From contig JBHLRP010000003.1 of the NCBI GenBank assembly GCA_048882485.1, positions 1-64,000 on the forward strand: 64,000 bases of DNA, in the 5' to 3' direction. The notes under the pieces were generated by a model. The model worked only from the letters and a program-made list of their open reading frames with translations. It was not told where the DNA came from and did not search any database. Source of the DNA: Candidatus Thorarchaeota archaeon. GTDB lineage: Archaea > Asgardarchaeota > Thorarchaeia > Thorarchaeales > Thorarchaeaceae. A program made the translations under genes and the position numbers. Within the stretch, counting starts at the first letter, position 1, and every line of letters starts with the position of its first letter. Positions 9,657 to 19,392 of the stretch are shown in pieces.

Positions 9657-10067
9657 GTGTCTGAATTCAAGTATCTATCAAGTGAATGGATGGACGCAGT
9701 TATTGAGCGTGTGAAAGCCAATCTTACTGCAGTGGAGATGAAACATGTTTCTTCATCAATGGTCAATATTGTGGAGAATTGTCCAGACGGGAGTAGGCGT
9801 TACATGTATTTCCGATTTGAGGACGGACTTCTTGCTGAGGGTTTAGTAGGGACGGACGATGATGAAGTTGCATCCAAAGAAGCAGAGTTCAGAATAATTG
9901 GCGATTATGATACATTTGCCAAGATTTCGAAAGCAGAGCTGGGCGCTCGCTCAGCTCTAATGCGCAACAAAATTAAGCTCAAAGGCAACATGGTGAAAGC
10001 TCTACGCCTATCTAGCGTTGTTGATAAGTTGAACAAGATTATCGCTCAAGTTCCTACTGACTTCTGA
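9657..10067 (+). CDS. SCP2 sterol/lipid-binding domain protein
   Basis: YLSSEW, AEFRIIGDYDTF..I, ALMRNKIKLKGNM; GAGGTG SD. Confidence 0.85.
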   Translation: MSEFKYLSSEWMDAVIERVKANLTAVEMKHVSSSMVNIVENCPDGSRRYMYFRFEDGLLAEGLVGTDDDEVASKEAEFRIIGDYDTFAKISKAELGARSALMRNKIKLKGNMVKALRLSSVVDKLNKIIAQVPTDF

Positions 10068-10076
10068 GGTGATACA

Positions 10077-11267
10077 ATGGGTGAGTATGACTACTCCATC
10101 GATCACAAGAAACGTCTGTGTGCAATCCAAGACAAGATGCAGGAGAAGGGGATTCCTGTTCTCCTGGGTTCTCGGCTCAGAACAATAAGCTATGTAGGTG
10201 ATGTCTTTTGCCCGTGGAGATCATTCATTGTTATACCACAGGATGGAGATCCAACAATCTACACATTTGTCATAGATGCAGAACGCACCCGTGCTGATAG
10301 CTGGCTTGATGATGTACGTGGTTTTGGACCCTTGGGCGGTGGCCACCAGATTGACGTAGTTGCAGATGCAATCTTGGAACACATGCCTAGCCCAAAGAGT
10401 CGTGTGGGTGTTGAACTCGGCATGTCCTGCTATCTTCCTGAGGGAAATCTTACCTCCGAGGAACTTGATATGCTCCAGCGAGCTTTGCCAGAAGCCTCTC
10501 TTGTTCAGTCGATTGATATCATCGATGAGTTATCAATGATTAAGGACAAAGGCACAATCAATAGATTCCGAAAGGCATCTGATATTGTTGACATTGGGCA
10601 CAAGACGGTTCTGGACGAATTTGAAGTAGGCATGACTGAAACTGAGATAGCAGGAATTGCGGAGGCTGCAATGAGGAAAGCTGGGAGTGAGTGGTCTTGG
10701 AGCTTCACAGCAGGCAACGAAATTGCATCTGGATATCGCACAAGCTATGCGATGGGGGCTTGCACACCAGCAACTCGTCGTGCAACACAGAATGGTGAGC
10801 CATTGATGGTCGATCTGCATGCTATGTTTAAACTCGGACTTGGTGATCATTCACACAACTATCTTCTATCGCCAGTTTCTGATAGACAACGAGAATTGGC
10901 CGACTACTTCATAGAAACAATCAGCAGGGTCATTGACATGTACGCTCCTGGAATGACTCCAGGGAAGATGGCTGATGACATGATGGACTGGGCTGATGCC
11001 AATGGGATTGCACAATACTTGGTTCCGGGCTTCGAGCATGGAATAGGTGTGATGGGTGATGAATGGCGAATTGGCATGAATACCGGGCCCATGCCATATT
11101 GGACAGATCCTGACCATGTGTATGATGAGAATCAGGTCGTGATATGCGCCATGCAGATGATGGTTCCAGAGGAGGAAATAGGATTCAGATATGAGGCGCC
11201 TATCGTTATAATCGAATCCGGATGTGATGTTCTTGCAAAGACCCCTCTCAAAGTCACAGAGCTATAA
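10077..11267 (+). CDS. M24 family (Xaa-Pro peptidase/creatinase-like) protein
   Basis: Creatinase N-domain, IKD..I...RKAS, GMTETEIAG, HGIG, RYE; GAGGTGA SD; 9 nt after the SCP2 gene. Confidence 0.85.
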   Translation: MGEYDYSIDHKKRLCAIQDKMQEKGIPVLLGSRLRTISYVGDVFCPWRSFIVIPQDGDPTIYTFVIDAERTRADSWLDDVRGFGPLGGGHQIDVVADAILEHMPSPKSRVGVELGMSCYLPEGNLTSEELDMLQRALPEASLVQSIDIIDELSMIKDKGTINRFRKASDIVDIGHKTVLDEFEVGMTETEIAGIAEAAMRKAGSEWSWSFTAGNEIASGYRTSYAMGACTPATRRATQNGEPLMVDLHAMFKLGLGDHSHNYLLSPVSDRQRELADYFIETISRVIDMYAPGMTPGKMADDMMDWADANGIAQYLVPGFEHGIGVMGDEWRIGMNTGPMPYWTDPDHVYDENQVVICAMQMMVPEEEIGFRYEAPIVIIESGCDVLAKTPLKVTEL

Positions 11268-11285
11268 TCTTGGGAGCAGAAGCTG

Positions 11286-11909
11286 ATGAATGAGGAACTT
11301 GAAGCCCTGCTGATGAAATGCACGAGGTTGTTGGAGGACTTCAAGTATGAGGAGGCTGAGAAAGAGCTGAAAATTGCTGTGAGTCTTTCGCCTAATCACC
11401 CAGAGGTCTGGGATCTACTTGGAACCTGCTATCTATTCCTCAACAAGATGGGTGATGCAGAGCGAGCATATCGTAGAGCTATGGAGCTTGATCCTTCTGT
11501 TTCTAAATACTGGCATTCTCTCGGATCTACACTCGGTCACCTAAACCAGTTTGAAGCTGCTGAGAGTTGTCTACGTAAAGCGTTGGAAATTGGACCAGAA
11601 ACTAGTCGATCTTGGTCCTCTCTTGCCAGCTCCCTGCTAAACCAGAATAGATATGATGAGGCGCTTGAAGCAACACAAAAAGCCGTACAGATTGATACTG
11701 CGTCCTTTGACGCGTACTTTACAATGTCACTAGCGCACTTCTATAAAGGCCAAATGGATGAAGCTGAGCGTTCGATGAAGAAAGTAGTAGAGATTGCACC
11801 TCGATTAACGCAGGCGTGGGAGGTCTTAGCTGAAATCTACAAGAGGAAGGGCCAAGCTCAAGAAGCTGAAAATGCACTCAAGAGAATTGATGAATTGCGT
11901 GACCAGTAG
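11286..11909 (+). CDS. TPR protein
   Basis: Repeated W..LG..Y.....A...Y..A.EL.P pattern. Confidence 0.88.
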   Translation: MNEELEALLMKCTRLLEDFKYEEAEKELKIAVSLSPNHPEVWDLLGTCYLFLNKMGDAERAYRRAMELDPSVSKYWHSLGSTLGHLNQFEAAESCLRKALEIGPETSRSWSSLASSLLNQNRYDEALEATQKAVQIDTASFDAYFTMSLAHFYKGQMDEAERSMKKVVEIAPRLTQAWEVLAEIYKRKGQAQEAENALKRIDELRDQ

Positions 11910-11914
11910 AGCCA

Positions 11915-13339
11915 TCACATTCTGGGATCAGTAGCTTGGATGATGACTGATACTGAGTTTTGATTGAATCCCTTGAACCCCTGTCTTCTTTCAATCAATT
12001 CCAAGTGGCTGCCAATTGCTCCTATCTGCTCAAAGAAACCTTGTCGTTCAGGTCTGATATGTCCTTTATTAACGAGTTTTTGCAGTCTTATCTGTTCAAC
12101 CGGCCTTCGCTCAGATTCAGCGAACGCCTGCTTGAGGAATTTAAAGTCTGAAAAGGGCTTCATTCTCATGACTCCATGAGGCATGAGTCCTGCTTCTGCC
12201 TGTTCAAAATCGACTCGAGCAGCGAGATGATGCATTCCCCCTTGGAGGATGCTTTCTCCATGAAGCGATACCCAAAGTCCTACTGTTCCGACATCTTTGT
12301 GGTCCTTCATCTCCTCGTGTGCGAAGTCTATTTCGCGTTCTCTCTCTGTGATATCTACATCTGCGAAAATCGTTATGCCGCAGATTGGATGCTCAAGGAC
12401 TTGAGCTCCCCATCCACCATCAGCCGCAAAGAACTGCTCTCGTGGTAAAAAGCCCATGGTTTCGAATATCGCGATGAGAAGATGAAAATTCCCTCTTGAT
12501 GAGCGGTAGGTGTGGTGATCATGATTCCCCCAACCCAGACCGAGGCGGTCTTGTAGTGCTCTCTGAATCATCCCGCCTCTATCTCTGCTTTGCCAGAATT
12601 GTCGTTCTGAACGAAAGAATGCGTCGGCAACAAGCTCTGCTCGAGAACCCTTGACAAATTGCTTTACGGTTTCTAGCAGCGTTTCCAATCCATCTCTATC
12701 CCGAGAAAAGTGACGTCTCCTCATTATGAAATGCTGCAAATTCGAGAGATACTCCTCTCTATCATGGTGCTGTTTGGGATCAGAAAAACCTTTGAATCCT
12801 CTTCTCTCCACAGCCCATAGCTCAGACTGGTCCTCATCGCTCACTAACGCACTCTGAAACATGCCAAGGCTCCTGCCTAAGAAGTCCGTCTTAGGTCGTG
12901 ACTGTTCATCCAGAGCTGAGATGTCATCATTCCAGCTATAGTACCTGCCAGTTATCTGCAGGAAATGTCCCAGGATTTCCGGCTTTAGCGCAACTTGAGT
13001 ATGGCTGCCTGAAGAGAGAAGAATGGGGAATAAGGTGGATCCTTCCTTGGTGTAGACCTTGGTGCCCCTTGGCTTCTTTATTCCCTTGGCCAGCTTGAAA
13101 TCAAGGTCATTCAATGTATCTACATTTACCATTTCATCAGGAATGACAATATGGTCAATCCAATCAAAGAACCGAGTAGAGCTTTCGTTCAGCATTCTAT
13201 CAGAGAGCTCTCTGGCGGCTCTGTTCTGCTTCAAGAAGTCTGATACTCTTAGCTCAAGGAACGCCTCAGCACGAGGATGAATCTTCCAGTCATATTTCCT
13301 TGAGTCATCTTGAGCCGCCATTTTGATACCCCAAGACAA
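11915..13339 (-). CDS. Conserved hypothetical protein, probable VOC/glyoxalase-fold metalloenzyme
   Basis: WIDHI, GWGNHDHHTYRSSR, GGMHHLAAR and HLELIER motifs; 474 aa. Confidence 0.65.
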   Translation of the reverse strand: MSWGIKMAAQDDSRKYDWKIHPRAEAFLELRVSDFLKQNRAARELSDRMLNESSTRFFDWIDHIVIPDEMVNVDTLNDLDFKLAKGIKKPRGTKVYTKEGSTLFPILLSSGSHTQVALKPEILGHFLQITGRYYSWNDDISALDEQSRPKTDFLGRSLGMFQSALVSDEDQSELWAVERRGFKGFSDPKQHHDREEYLSNLQHFIMRRRHFSRDRDGLETLLETVKQFVKGSRAELVADAFFRSERQFWQSRDRGGMIQRALQDRLGLGWGNHDHHTYRSSRGNFHLLIAIFETMGFLPREQFFAADGGWGAQVLEHPICGITIFADVDITEREREIDFAHEEMKDHKDVGTVGLWVSLHGESILQGGMHHLAARVDFEQAEAGLMPHGVMRMKPFSDFKFLKQAFAESERRPVEQIRLQKLVNKGHIRPERQGFFEQIGAIGSHLELIERRQGFKGFNQNSVSVIIQATDPRM

Positions 13340-13452
13340 ATGATATTCAGCTCTCCTCCACTTAAGGATGCAGCTATTACATTATCAACTTCCTTCCTAT
13401 TCAAAACACTATTATCGGTGACAAACATAGGATTAGGAAAAGGCCATTTGCG

Positions 13453-13939
13453 ATGCAACAGGGGAATGCGGCCAAAATAGCAGGTCGGATCGCTTTAATT
13501 GCAGCTGCTCTATTCATTGTGCTAGGCTCAATGCCAGTAGCTGCGCATTCGCCATCAAACATGACTTTGGAACATGACTGTCTACAAGCATGATGTAAAA
13601 GTAGCCTCGAGGGCATACACAAGTCAGGGAAGCACAGTGAGCGCTAGTGATACCTTCAATTTAGCCTCGGTCGACGGTGATGTATTCAGAGTATGGGCTG
13701 AATGCAACGGGTTTGGAACTCTTGAAGATACCTTAACTGTCACTGAGCCAGCTGCGACTTCAACGACATCAACGCCAACAGATGGAACTACAACATCCAC
13801 TCCTGATGAAACTAACACTCCAACCGATGGCACAACACCACCCCCACCTGGAATGGGATTAGAAACCCTTGCCTTTATAGGGGTCATAGGTTTTGGAATA
13901 GTGGTTATAGTCGCCATAATTATCATTAGGAGAAGGTAG
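13453..13939 (+). pseudogene. Frameshifted secreted/membrane-anchored protein (signal peptide part 13453-13593, remainder 13574-13939 in the +1 frame)
   Basis: Frame 1 gives MQQGNAAKIAGRIALIAAALFIVLGSMPVAAHSPSNMTLE then a stop at 13591; the next frame carries a beta domain, Thr/Pro linker, TM and RRR; direct repeat aacatgact at the junction. Confidence 0.65.
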
Positions 13940-13960
13940 TTTTCCTGCTACACAGGAGCA

Positions 13961-14743
13961 ATGTCGAAAATTAAGATAGTGCCAACTGAGTTTGAATCAG
14001 AGGGTCATGTCCTCAGAGGGGATTTTGTCATCCCGATGGGGGAGGGACCCTTCCCGGGCATATGCAAATTCCATGGCCTACCTGGAGGAGCAGATCAAGT
14101 CAGCGGCCTTGCAACTCGCCTCGCAGAAGCTGGGTACGCAGTCCTTGCTTTCGATTTTCGTGGGTTTAGGAGAAGTGAGGGTCTTTTCAGCCTAGAGAAT
14201 GAGATTCTAGACGCAAAGAACGCAGTATCCCACCTAATTGAATCTCAGTATACGATTGATGACTGGGTTGGTGTATACGGAGCAAGCTATGGTGGAGCAG
14301 TTGCCGTCTGCTCTGCTGTGCGTGATGCGCGGATTAGCGCCGTTTGTGTGAGGGCTCCCGTCTATGACACGCTCTGGTTTGCAAAATCCCCGATGATCAA
14401 ACCAGCCGTAGACGAGATTTTGCACGTTACACCCAATGAGATGCATGGGCTATCAGACCCAGCAACTCAAGCAGAAATACTCAGGAAGATGATTGATGAT
14501 AGCATGGTCTACAATCCAATAAATGAAGTTGATCAAGTCCATCCTCGTCCTATCTTCATTGTTACTGGAAGCGCTGATAGGGGCATACCACTGGAGGGAG
14601 TACGTCAGCTTTTTGACGCAGCGAAACGGCCTAAGGAGTTTGCTGTAGTCGAAGGTGCTGATCACAACTTGTCCAATCCTGACCACTATGCAATGACCTC
14701 TGAGTTGGTTGTTTCGTGGTTTCGAGAAGCATATTGCCAATAG
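13961..14743 (+). CDS. Alpha/beta hydrolase (S9/S15-like)
   Basis: HG, FDFRG..SEG, nucleophile elbow GASYGG, catalytic D (GSAD) and H (GADH). Confidence 0.9.
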   Translation: MSKIKIVPTEFESEGHVLRGDFVIPMGEGPFPGICKFHGLPGGADQVSGLATRLAEAGYAVLAFDFRGFRRSEGLFSLENEILDAKNAVSHLIESQYTIDDWVGVYGASYGGAVAVCSAVRDARISAVCVRAPVYDTLWFAKSPMIKPAVDEILHVTPNEMHGLSDPATQAEILRKMIDDSMVYNPINEVDQVHPRPIFIVTGSADRGIPLEGVRQLFDAAKRPKEFAVVEGADHNLSNPDHYAMTSELVVSWFREAYCQ

Positions 14744-14800
14744 AATCATCACACGAAGCCTTTTCTTTGGAAGCAAGACCCAGTCCAACGGTGAGCCACG

Positions 14801-15319
14801 ATGGCTAAGAAAGTCAAGAAAGCAATGATTACGAATTTCGATGAATTCAAGGCTGCATGGGAAAAGGAGGCAAGTGACCCCTATGATACCATATTCTACT
14901 ATCTAATCGCAGCGCTGAACATTGAGAAAGATCCCAAACTTGCTGACGCTATGATGACTGTTGTTGTGTCAAAGAGGGATTCCATGGATTCCTCCAGTTC
15001 ACCCTCTGGCCTTAAACTGGGAAAGTCTTCAGCCTATTATATAGGCCAGTTCCAAGAGGACAAGAACATCGCACGTTCATATGTCGGAGCTGACTGGCAG
15101 GAAGACTACAAAGTCGACAAGAATAACCTGACAATGACCATCACGAGAGACGACGAGGTAGACGATAAGACGAGAAAGGTCTTCATTCATAGCGGAGGTG
15201 CTGACTCCGCGCGACCTGTGACAGTGAAGCGGAACAAGCATGGTCAGTGGAAACTAACCAACTACGGTTCGCTGTGTGTGGGAGTAAGGAAGCCCGCCTC
15301 TGAAGTGGATGATTTCTAA
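14801..15319 (+). CDS. Conserved hypothetical protein (DUF6935-like)
   Basis: IARSY.GA, SGGADSARPVT, GQWKL; GGTGA SD; family name from recollection. Confidence 0.7.
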   Translation: MAKKVKKAMITNFDEFKAAWEKEASDPYDTIFYYLIAALNIEKDPKLADAMMTVVVSKRDSMDSSSSPSGLKLGKSSAYYIGQFQEDKNIARSYVGADWQEDYKVDKNNLTMTITRDDEVDDKTRKVFIHSGGADSARPVTVKRNKHGQWKLTNYGSLCVGVRKPASEVDDF

Positions 15320-15397
15320 TTTCAAGTTTAGAGCCAGACGGGCTCCCTCCCTCTCTATCTAGTATGTATAGGTGTAACATTATCACTATTGCATGCT

Positions 15398-17437
15398 CTA
15401 CCACTGAATGTCTGCCCAATATGCGGGGTGGTCTGACTGGGGGTCCGTCACATACCGGCAATCAGACACATCTAATCCGGGAGAGAGGAATATGTGGTCA
15501 ATTCTGCGTGTGTTGTTTTCACCCTGACTATTGATTCCAGTGGGCCATCTGACCCACCACGAGTCTTCCAAGACAGCGGTCGTGATATTGTAGGGTTCAC
15601 TGAATGGCCTGAAATTAAAATCGCCCATGAAAATCACGTTGCTCTTCCCATTGGCAGCATTGAGAATATCATTCTGAAGTATTGCCTTCGTTGATGTTCT
15701 ACCATAGGTATGCGTGATGTATACAGTAAAGGTGCTTGAACCTACGGTTATCTCAGCCTCGATTGTTGCAGTCTGCTTTTGATCCACGTCTTCACTAAAA
15801 TGGTAAAGAGTTCTGGCGGTTTCAATTGGATACTTCGACAGTAGCGCAACCCCTGTGGTTCCTGTCACTCCCTTTGGTCCAAAATACGAATATAGGTTCA
15901 ATTTGCCCGCAAAGTATCTGACCACATCGCTGTTCCCTGCGATTTTGCTAGTTTCTTGAAGACCGATTATGTCTGCATCTATCTCTCTAATTAGTTCAAG
16001 TTGTCCATCATAGTTCTTGTTCTGCGCATCATTCACTCCCTGTTGAAGATTGTAGGTGAGAATTCTAATGGAAGTCACATCGTTGGAAGGCGCAATTGGA
16101 TTTGCCTCCAGAACAACAGCACCGACAAGAGTTCCCATAAGCATGAGCACTACGACCGTGACCGTCACGGTTTCGACCCTTTGAGCTCTGCTTGGTGCAT
16201 CAATAGTCGGGATTTTATCCCTGGCTAGGTAGACCACAACCAGAAGCACCAGGCCAGCAATGAGAAAGATGAACCAGAAAAGGTCGCGCAGCATTGGGCC
16301 AATGATTGGCACAAATCCCCACACTGATGTGAGGATGAGTGTGAACAACAGAAACAGTATGAAGGCACCGCCTCCGAGAGTGAAGCTGATTCCTGCCGCT
16401 CGGGAAGTTGGCACTAAATCGAGCTTGACCAGTTCATATGATAATAGGATAAAATCGATGAGAATGATGGGGTAGGCAGCTATCATCGTGTAAAGCAGAG
16501 CGTGATGCAGTATGGTTGTTGGAGGGGCTTCGATAGGATATGGCCCAACAGTATCCGGGAATACAATCTGATTGACGAGGACAGTCAGCACAAAGAGCAC
16601 TATAAAGATCAGATTCCATAGCACAATCACTTGGGATTTCAGTCTACCAATGAATTGAGGTCTATATACTGTGAAGAGCACGAACAATGTCGTCATCAGA
16701 GCAACGCCAGTCACCACTGCGACATAGCTGCTCTCTGTCCATCTTGAAATAACGCCAGGACTGCTGAATGCAAATCCAACGAAGAAGAGGATGCTTGTCA
16801 AACCAAGAGTAATCCCTGTCAGTCTTCTCTTTCGAATTGGATGTTGAACATCTGAAGTTCCATCAATATTCGGATTTGGGGTTCCTGAGCCAAGTAGTAT
16901 CGATGAGAATCCGATCAACATGATAACTTCTATGCCCGCGAGAATCCACCCAATTGCCTGTCCCAATCCGTAAGTCGAGACGTCGATTGTGTTGTTCAAT
17001 GTTCTGAGCAGTATGGAAGCTGCGATAGCTATTGCGAAACTCATCCCCAAGATGAGTGCTCGTTGACGCTTTTCTATTGGATTTCGCGCTAGCAGGATGG
17101 CGGGAAACAGGATTAGGAAGCAACCAACGCCAAGTCCAGAAAGCACCATTCTTGATGTAGTATCAAATAGAGGCTCTGTCACTCTACACGCTATCATGAT
17201 CCCTCCAACGATTATTAGAAGTCTGTCAGGAATGCTCCTCCTGAAAATCAACAGAACGAGTGGTGAAAAGAAGAATAGAAGGACTACGGTATTCTGATTC
17301 AGTGACAGTGTCATGAGGAGGAGGATGTAAGTAGACTCCACAAAGTCGGAGAACAGCTGCAGGAAAAACAGTAACATGATACTGGTGAACACTAGCTCAG
17401 AGTAATACTTCTCAAAGGACTCAGCAATCAATGGCAT
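15398..17437 (-). CDS. Polytopic membrane protein with C-terminal endonuclease/exonuclease/phosphatase domain (Cwh43/PGAP2IP-like architecture)
   Basis: About 13 TM helices, then TYNLQQG, DIIGLQE, GVALLSKYPI, THT, GDFN, IDHIF, SDH. Confidence 0.88.
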   Translation of the reverse strand: MPLIAESFEKYYSELVFTSIMLLFFLQLFSDFVESTYILLLMTLSLNQNTVVLLFFFSPLVLLIFRRSIPDRLLIIVGGIMIACRVTEPLFDTTSRMVLSGLGVGCFLILFPAILLARNPIEKRQRALILGMSFAIAIAASILLRTLNNTIDVSTYGLGQAIGWILAGIEVIMLIGFSSILLGSGTPNPNIDGTSDVQHPIRKRRLTGITLGLTSILFFVGFAFSSPGVISRWTESSYVAVVTGVALMTTLFVLFTVYRPQFIGRLKSQVIVLWNLIFIVLFVLTVLVNQIVFPDTVGPYPIEAPPTTILHHALLYTMIAAYPIILIDFILLSYELVKLDLVPTSRAAGISFTLGGGAFILFLLFTLILTSVWGFVPIIGPMLRDLFWFIFLIAGLVLLVVVYLARDKIPTIDAPSRAQRVETVTVTVVVLMLMGTLVGAVVLEANPIAPSNDVTSIRILTYNLQQGVNDAQNKNYDGQLELIREIDADIIGLQETSKIAGNSDVVRYFAGKLNLYSYFGPKGVTGTTGVALLSKYPIETARTLYHFSEDVDQKQTATIEAEITVGSSTFTVYITHTYGRTSTKAILQNDILNAANGKSNVIFMGDFNFRPFSEPYNITTAVLEDSWWVRWPTGINSQGENNTRRIDHIFLSPGLDVSDCRYVTDPQSDHPAYWADIQW

Positions 17438-17485
17438 GTTTCAACGATAGACATTCTTGGCTAAATGTATGTCGAAGAAAAAGTG

Positions 17486-17531
17486 AGAGGACGCGCCTGT
17501 CCGAATTCTGATGTGGATAGGCGGTTCCTCT
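17486..17531. terminator. Long GC-rich hairpin downstream of the ARPP-1-like gene
   Basis: agagga..cgcctgtcc / ggataggcg..tcctct IR flanked by A/T tracts on both sides. Confidence 0.55.
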
Positions 17532-17546
17532 TTTGGTGGTAGCTAT

Positions 17547-18545
17547 TTACATACCTAGAGTGAAGTACAAAAGCTTCGCAAGGCCTTCTCGAGTTTCTCC
17601 TGCAACAGCTTCGCCCTTGAGATCCCCAAGTCCAACAACAATGTTGCTTGAGTCCTTGGCTGAAATTGCTTCCTTCTTCCTTGCTCTCTTGAGATGTCCC
17701 ACTAGCTGCAATGCCTCTTCGCGTGCGGTCTTCTCAGAAACTGGTTTCTTCTCATTGTCACAATATTCAGCGACTAGGGATTCTAGAACTCCGGAACGAT
17801 GTCTAAAGGCTTTTGAATTTCTATAGAATTCCAAGGCGACTGGTTGCCCATCAGTATTGATGACGATAAAGCCGCAGGTATTCTCTGGTAGACGGTTTCG
17901 AATCTCTTCGGCTATCTCCCTGGTCTTCTTCTGAATCTTGTCCATAGCATCTGCATACTTGGATGTATCCTTGATTCCAAGCCTTTTACCTTGGCGCTCT
18001 ACCTCTGCCCAGACCTCGCTCTGATCAACTGCTGTTTCAGGCATATAGTGCTCAACATCAATCATCACTGACTGATACTTCATCCTCCTCATCCCCGATT
18101 TCAGAGGCACGGAACCGCCGCCGATAGAACTGTATGTAGACCCTCTATTCAGTCCATGAGGAGCATGTACACACTTCACTGGGATCCTAATCTCTTCACC
18201 CGGCTGAATAATGACACTGGCAACAACTATTCTGTCCTGACTGTCACCAGTAACAAGAACTTCAGCTTCTTCAATAAGCACCGGTATATCTCCAGTGTTT
18301 TTTGCGAGTAATGAATTCACAGCGTCACCTGCTTCTGTGATCACAAGTGTGCCTCTCTCTAGAGCTGCTGCAGCATTGATGTAGTCTTGACTCACTGTCG
18401 TTTCAGCTATGACAATTGGGACCACCGACATGCCTTGATGGGATATAGGCTTCTCAAGGCTGAATGTGCTCCCTTCTAGGAGTTCTCCCGCAAAATCGCG
18501 GATTTGCTTTGTTGCTTCAGTAGCTGACATTTTCCACATTTCCAT
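17547..18545 (-). CDS. ARPP-1 family (DUF6569-like) protein
   Basis: ITE...VNSLLAKN....VLIEEAEVL....QDRIV, IPVKCV, DQSEVW.EV, GFIV pattern. Confidence 0.75.
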   Translation of the reverse strand: MEMWKMSATEATKQIRDFAGELLEGSTFSLEKPISHQGMSVVPIVIAETTVSQDYINAAAALERGTLVITEAGDAVNSLLAKNTGDIPVLIEEAEVLVTGDSQDRIVVASVIIQPGEEIRIPVKCVHAPHGLNRGSTYSSIGGGSVPLKSGMRRMKYQSVMIDVEHYMPETAVDQSEVWAEVERQGKRLGIKDTSKYADAMDKIQKKTREIAEEIRNRLPENTCGFIVINTDGQPVALEFYRNSKAFRHRSGVLESLVAEYCDNEKKPVSEKTAREEALQLVGHLKRARKKEAISAKDSSNIVVGLGDLKGEAVAGETREGLAKLLYFTLGM

Positions 18546-18554
18546 TGAAACACT

Positions 18555-18616
18555 GTAATAGTATTACGTTTAGTATTAAACAACTATACTTATAAACTCT
18601 AGTACATTAAACTCTA
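18555..18616. promoter_or_regulatory. Divergent promoter with tandem palindromes and direct repeats
   Basis: gtaata-g-tattac (18555-67), gttta-gtat-taaac (18568-81), taaactcta x2, TATA-like ttataaa. Confidence 0.55.
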
Positions 18617-18681
18617 TGGTTGATTGTTGGCTTGTGGATGTGGCCCTCTTGGATTTGCATGATGAAGAACCACGGTTGAAC

Positions 18682-18996
18682 ATGGCGGATGTGAAAGAAG
18701 AAATCCTGGACCGATTTGATGATGAGGGCTTTGGACTCAAGAGGCGTGAAGTCTCTGTTATGTGTCGTCTGAATGTGAAGGCGGTAGCAATACTTGATGC
18801 TCTTGTGGAGCTTGAGATCTTTAAGAGCAAGTCGGAGGCTATCGCGGCTTTCCTCGATCAAATATTTCTGGAAAAGGAGGAGCTCTTCGAAGAAATTCTA
18901 ACTCAGGCACATGAGATCAATGCGAAACGTGAGGCAGCAAAACACCTTGCCTACAAGACAGTGATGGGAAGCAGCAAGAAATCGAAAAGAAAGTGA
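18682..18996 (+). CDS. Ribbon-helix-helix (CopG-like) protein with C-terminal coiled coil
   Basis: VSVMCRL..LDALVEL..FKSKSEAIAAFL fits the RHH pattern; start uncertain (18616 or 18682). Confidence 0.7.
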   Translation: MADVKEEILDRFDDEGFGLKRREVSVMCRLNVKAVAILDALVELEIFKSKSEAIAAFLDQIFLEKEELFEEILTQAHEINAKREAAKHLAYKTVMGSSKKSKRK

Positions 18997-19008
18997 GAGC
19001 AGAACTAC

Positions 19009-19314
19009 ATGACATCATTCAGCACTGTGCTCGCAGAGTGTCCACAATGCGATCACCGATGGAATGCTCCTGTGTTCATGTCTTTATGCACTTGGCTAAA
19101 TCCAAAGATGGTGAAAGACCTCTATGAGAATGGCAGCCATATCGAGTGCCCAAACTGTGGCACGAGCATTCAGGTGCATCATAATATTCTAATCAACTGT
19201 CCGAAGGGGATGTTCTATATCGACACGAGTCAAGACATCTTTGATATGAGGTATAAGCTCTATGAATGGGGAATTGTCAATCTGGACGGAGAAGTTGTGA
19301 ACTCGCAATTCTAA
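19009..19314 (+). CDS. Zinc-ribbon protein (CpXC-like)
   Basis: CPQC and CPNCG pairs. Confidence 0.75.
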   Translation: MTSFSTVLAECPQCDHRWNAPVFMSLCTWLNPKMVKDLYENGSHIECPNCGTSIQVHHNILINCPKGMFYIDTSQDIFDMRYKLYEWGIVNLDGEVVNSQF

Positions 19315-19319
19315 CTAAG

Positions 19320-19392
19320 AAGAAGGTGAGCGGACGACAGCCCGAAGACATGTCGTCCGCTCGGCCGAGCTCGACTCGGATCTTACTCGGTA
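19320..19392 (-). ncRNA. Candidate small non-coding RNA with cUUCGg-capped hairpin
   Basis: Minus strand: 12-bp perfect stem gagcggacgaca/tgtcgtccgctc plus gtc-TTCG-ggc; ccgag/ctcgg hairpin; upstream TATA (ctatatatg about 19412-20); downstream ccttcttctt. Confidence 0.55.
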
